From positions 1-64,000 of IMG/VR virus record IMGVR_UViG_3300042988_000341: 64,000 bases of DNA. One strand, 5' to 3'. Position 1 is the stretch's first letter, and the number at the start of each line of letters is the position of its first letter. Positions 60,558 to 64,000 of the stretch are shown here, piece after piece. The position numbers were made by a program, and so were the translations under genes. The stretch is from a virus. The notes beneath the pieces are model-generated. The model worked only from the letters and a program-made list of their open reading frames with translations, ran no database searches and was not told the DNA's origin.

Positions 60558-61217
60558 ATGGCACAATTCTTACGTCATATCGGGCAAGTCGGAGATCGCA
60601 AAGTAGCGGTAATCTTCCGTGAGGTACCTAACGAACCACATATGTGTATCGTTGTTTATTCCCAGCTCTTAAACAGAAACATCCACGATCCCCTAATGGC
60701 AGCAATCGAAAGCCCAAGCGGCCAAGCAGCCAAGGACCTAGGCGATCAACTCAATCGTTCATACACAATGGACGGCAAGATCATTCTTCAAGTACTTCAC
60801 CACGAAGGCATGATGAAGAAAGTCAACACCGATCAAGTGATGATGACGCCAGCAGCCAACACAAAAATTCGTCTAAGCGAATTGAACACAATGTTGGACG
60901 AGATGGAAAAGGGCGAGGCAGCAGTTCGCAAGTTGGCTGAGATGGACGCATCACGTGGACTACAAGACCCAGCTGACGTAGCTCGTCGTATGCGCGGTGA
61001 ACAACCATCAACTGATGCTTCTATGGGCGCCCTAGCCGATGATGCTATCGCTAAGAACTTGTTAGTTCAAGCTGAGCGCATGGCACAAGAAGCTAAAGGC
61101 CTAATCGCTGAGAGCGAACGTCTACGTAACGAAGCACAGGGAATGATCGCGATAAATACACCAGAGCCAGCAAAGCGCGGCCGCGGTCGTCCAGCAAAGG
61201 CTCCTGTTAAAGGATAA
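60558..61217 (+). CDS. hypothetical protein with coiled-coil and basic AT-hook-like tail
   Basis: 219 aa; C-terminal KRGRGRPAK. Confidence 0.75.
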   Translation: MAQFLRHIGQVGDRKVAVIFREVPNEPHMCIVVYSQLLNRNIHDPLMAAIESPSGQAAKDLGDQLNRSYTMDGKIILQVLHHEGMMKKVNTDQVMMTPAANTKIRLSELNTMLDEMEKGEAAVRKLAEMDASRGLQDPADVARRMRGEQPSTDASMGALADDAIAKNLLVQAERMAQEAKGLIAESERLRNEAQGMIAINTPEPAKRGRGRPAKAPVKG

Positions 61218-61222
61218 GCCAA

Positions 61223-61519
61223 ATGTCGCCTGAATTCGTCGAAAAGTGGGAACACATTATTCAAGATGTCGAGAAAACGAAGATACCAGTAGAGTTCATT
61301 CGTAAACTGGTAGTCAAACTATCTGGTCGCCGTCAACGAACAATCAATGTTCAACAGCTTCTCGATCAGGGTATGGAACCAGAAGACATTGAAGAGTTAG
61401 TCAGTCAAAAGTTAGAAGAGTATGATGACGATATGATTAGTGTTGAGTTCATTCTCAACATTGAAGGCATTGCCGAGATCGTACAACCTGAAACTGACAG
61501 CTTACTCAAGGGACTATGA
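61223..61519 (+). CDS. hypothetical protein
   Basis: 98 aa, RBS AAGGA. Confidence 0.7.
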   Translation: MSPEFVEKWEHIIQDVEKTKIPVEFIRKLVVKLSGRRQRTINVQQLLDQGMEPEDIEELVSQKLEEYDDDMISVEFILNIEGIAEIVQPETDSLLKGL

Positions 61520-61977
61520 AAGCAATATTCGCAGTTGACGCTATTGGTGGATTCGGTACAGCTACCGGTCTACCATGGCCACATTGTGCGGCAGACATGC
61601 GCCGCTTCAAAGAACTCACAGTTGATCAAACAGTAGTCATGGGCAGTGGCACATGGCGCAGTGACATGCCTAAGCCACTACCAAAGCGCCGCAACATTGT
61701 GCTATCTCGTTCGTTAACGGACAATCGCTGTGAAGTATACGCAAGCATTCAACAACTGATGATGAACGTCAAGGAAGACGAGAGTGTATGGGTAATCGGC
61801 GGCGCTGAGACCCTATGGAAACTTCGTCCGTACATCAACACGGTATATCTAACCCGCTTCAAACTCATCACCAAGTCAACAGTGACGATGAAGACAGACC
61901 TCTTCCTCGAAGGGTTCAATTTATCCAAAACAGAAGATTTTGGTGATCACACGCTTGACATCTACACACGAGCGTGA
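61516..61977 (+). CDS. frd: dihydrofolate reductase
   Basis: GLPW...DMRRFKELT...VVMG..TW...PLPKRRNIVLSR...WVIGGA. Confidence 0.9.
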   Translation: MKAIFAVDAIGGFGTATGLPWPHCAADMRRFKELTVDQTVVMGSGTWRSDMPKPLPKRRNIVLSRSLTDNRCEVYASIQQLMMNVKEDESVWVIGGAETLWKLRPYINTVYLTRFKLITKSTVTMKTDLFLEGFNLSKTEDFGDHTLDIYTRA

Positions 61978-62669
61978 TATCATGGATAATGGTACCTCGA
62001 AACAAACTGACTAAAGAAATCGTCAATGAACGTCTCCATCTCGATGGCAGAGGAATTCAGATGATAGGTGATTTTCATGGAGTAATGGTCAAAAGTAAAT
62101 TTTCTTGTACCAAAGATCACGAATGGTTAGCGTTACCGAATGGAATAATGTCAGGAAAAGGATGTCCTCATTGTGCCGGTCAATTTCCTTTATCTAAAGA
62201 AATTATAAATCATCGACTTGCTTTGGCTGATAGAGGAATTCAAATGACGGGTGTCTATTCAAATAACTATACGATAACTGAATTTGAGTGCTCATACGGC
62301 CATAATTGGCTAGCCCGTCCCAATGGAATAATGTCAGGAAAAGGATGTCCTCAATGCTCATTATATGGATATAAGACAAATAAACCAGGGTATCTATATC
62401 TTCTAAATTTTGGCGAATTTATAAAATATGGGATAACCAATAATTTGAAACGGAGATTACAGGAGCATAAAAAGAATGGAAAATATAGCACGATCCTCAC
62501 TCAATATTATGACGATGGTAATGTTCCTAAAGATATAGAGAGAAAAATAAAAAATACACTTGGCGGCAAATTTGTAACTGAGGAAGTATTTGAAGATGGA
62601 TGGACTGAGACCCTCAGTATTTCTAAAATCGACGAAGTGCTCAAGATAATTGATCCATTATTGTTGTAA
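61974..62669 (+). mobile_element. free-standing GIY-YIG-like homing endonuclease with two zinc-ribbon repeats (start may be ATG 61989)
   Basis: Two C..H.W...P......GCP.C units; GYLYLL...KYGITNNLKRRL..H; AT-rich relative to frd; between frd and td. Confidence 0.75.
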
Positions 62670-62692
62670 TTTCAAATTAAGGCTGATATAAT
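62664..62692 (+). promoter_or_regulatory. sigma70 promoter for thymidylate synthase (leaderless)
   Basis: TTGTAA-N17-TATAAT with TG, 6 nt before ATG 62699; no SD. Confidence 0.65.
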
Positions 62693-62698
62693 AAAAAT

Positions 62699-63610
62699 AT
62701 GAAAATATATCACGAATTATTACAAGACATTCTTCAGAATGGTGAATCAAGAGAGGATAGAACCGGCGTCGGTACTATATCTGTTTTTGGCCGCCAGATG
62801 AGATTCAACCTTCAAGATGGATTTCCAGCCATCACTACTAAGAAGTTGGCATTCAATGCCTGTAAAGCGGAATTACTCTGGTTTTTGGAGGGCAGTAATG
62901 ATGAACGCCGCCTCGCCGAAATAACTCATGGGACCAAAGATGGCACAACTACTATCTGGACCCCTAATGCTCTGGCTCCATATTGGAAGCCCAAAGCTAA
63001 GTTCGATGGAGATTTGGGCAGAGTGTACGGTGTACAGTGGAGACGCTGGCAAAAAGTTGAATTATCTAAGAGGAAAACAATCAATGACGATTTTGGTAAT
63101 AGTTATCGCGGGTCTAATAATGTTACGGTTCAAGAGATTGACCAAGTACGAGAACTCATCGACGGAATCAAAACAAACCCGTACGGACGCAGACACATAA
63201 TCTCAGCATGGAACGTAGCAGACCTAACCGATATGGCCCTTCCGCCGTGTCATATTCTCCAACAATATTATGTGAGTAAAGATGGTCGACTGAGTTGTCA
63301 TATGTACCAAAGATCGCAAGACGTATTTTTGGGCGCTCCGTTCAATTATGCCAGTTACGCTCTACTCACCCATATGATAGCACATGTATGTGACTTGCAG
63401 GTAGGTGAACTAGTAGTATCTACTGGCGACACTCACGTATATGCTAATCACGTAGAGCAAGTCAAAGAGCAACTGTCTCGTGAACCTTTACCTGCTCCTA
63501 AGTTGTGGCTAAATCCGGAAATTAAAGATATCGATAAGTTCACTATGGACGACATCAAGCTGATTGGATACGAAAGTCATCCACCCATTAAAGCACCGAT
63601 GGCAGTCTAA
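62699..63610 (+). CDS. thyA: thymidylate synthase
   Basis: DRTGVGT, ELLWFL, YGVQWR, ALPPCH (catalytic Cys), YQRSQDVFLGAPFNYASY (dUMP-specific Asn), DTHVY. Confidence 0.96.
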   Translation: MKIYHELLQDILQNGESREDRTGVGTISVFGRQMRFNLQDGFPAITTKKLAFNACKAELLWFLEGSNDERRLAEITHGTKDGTTTIWTPNALAPYWKPKAKFDGDLGRVYGVQWRRWQKVELSKRKTINDDFGNSYRGSNNVTVQEIDQVRELIDGIKTNPYGRRHIISAWNVADLTDMALPPCHILQQYYVSKDGRLSCHMYQRSQDVFLGAPFNYASYALLTHMIAHVCDLQVGELVVSTGDTHVYANHVEQVKEQLSREPLPAPKLWLNPEIKDIDKFTMDDIKLIGYESHPPIKAPMAV

Positions 63611-63945
63611 TGGCTCGTGCGTATCCCACTGACAAGGGCTATCTGGGCGAAGTGCCTGGTAGCCCTACTCATGATGTAATGGTCATTGATGACGTAGTGT
63701 ACAAAATCTACAATACTATCGTTCACTCATTTATGATGGGAGACGTAGACGAACCTGACTTGTACGCTGCTCAACCTCTGTGGGAATGGGAGAACAGTGA
63801 GGCTGGTCAGTGGGTTATGGAGAACGCTATCGAGACTCCGATGTGGCACAGACAGGCAGACTACACGACATACGGCACTCGCTATGTTATTACAGCGAAA
63901 CTAAAAGACGTTGACCACACTTACTTTTTGATGAAATACAAATAA
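63610..63945 (+). CDS. hypothetical protein
   Basis: 111 aa; FMMGDVDEPDLYAAQPLWEWE. Confidence 0.7.
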   Translation: MARAYPTDKGYLGEVPGSPTHDVMVIDDVVYKIYNTIVHSFMMGDVDEPDLYAAQPLWEWENSEAGQWVMENAIETPMWHRQADYTTYGTRYVITAKLKDVDHTYFLMKYK

Positions 63946-63953
63946 GGAACACA

Positions 63954-64000
63954 ATGAGAGTATTAGTAACAGGAGGCCAGGGACTGATAGGCCATCATGT
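63954..64000 (+). CDS. NAD-dependent epimerase/dehydratase (NDP-sugar SDR), truncated by window end
   Basis: MRVLVTGGQGLIGHH Rossmann TGxxGxxG motif; RBS AAGGA. Confidence 0.75.
   Translation, partial: MRVLVTGGQGLIGHH

Noticed and set aside
62699-63610. Group I intron in td, or TS as a dCMP/dUMP hydroxymethylase
   Set aside because: ORF is continuous and full length; canonical PCH and Asn (PFNYASY) plus adjacent DHFR indicate ordinary TS
1-64000. Stop-codon reassignment
   Set aside because: Genes are intact and densely packed under code 11, including an 18-kb ORF; TAA, TGA and TAG all terminate genes

Overview
This window is a segment of a large T4-like (gp55-encoding) contractile-tailed phage genome. 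From left to right: (i) gp47-like nuclease and gp55-like late sigma factor on the minus strand; (ii) a ~38 kb plus-strand baseplate/tail block (gp53-, hub-, gp5-, gp25- and gp6-like genes, a 6076-aa giant structural protein, two chaperone-capped tail fibres and three tandem paralogous fibre-like proteins); (iii) a ~15 kb enzyme cluster (40.0-54.9 kb) with 4 GT-A glycosyltransferase-like genes, 4 twitch/SPASM radical SAM enzymes, an Stf0-like sulfotransferase, an SGNH-like protein, a NodU/CmcH carbamoyltransferase, two Asp/Asn beta-hydroxylase-like dioxygenases, a methyltransferase and an unannotated 34-aa peptide; (iv) an early region with near-consensus sigma70 promoters, a MoxR-type ATPase/vWA-metallopeptidase pair, DHFR, thymidylate synthase, two or three free-standing homing-endonuclease-like genes and the start of an NDP-sugar epimerase. 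The strongest candidate for an undescribed system is the enzyme cluster. Every transcription unit in it is preceded by the same TAAATA late box used by the structural genes, and it abuts Asn/Thr-rich tail fibres. This suggests late-stage chemical decoration of the virion (a decorated glycan), with DNA hypermodification as the alternative. All calls come from reading motifs by eye; no searches were run.
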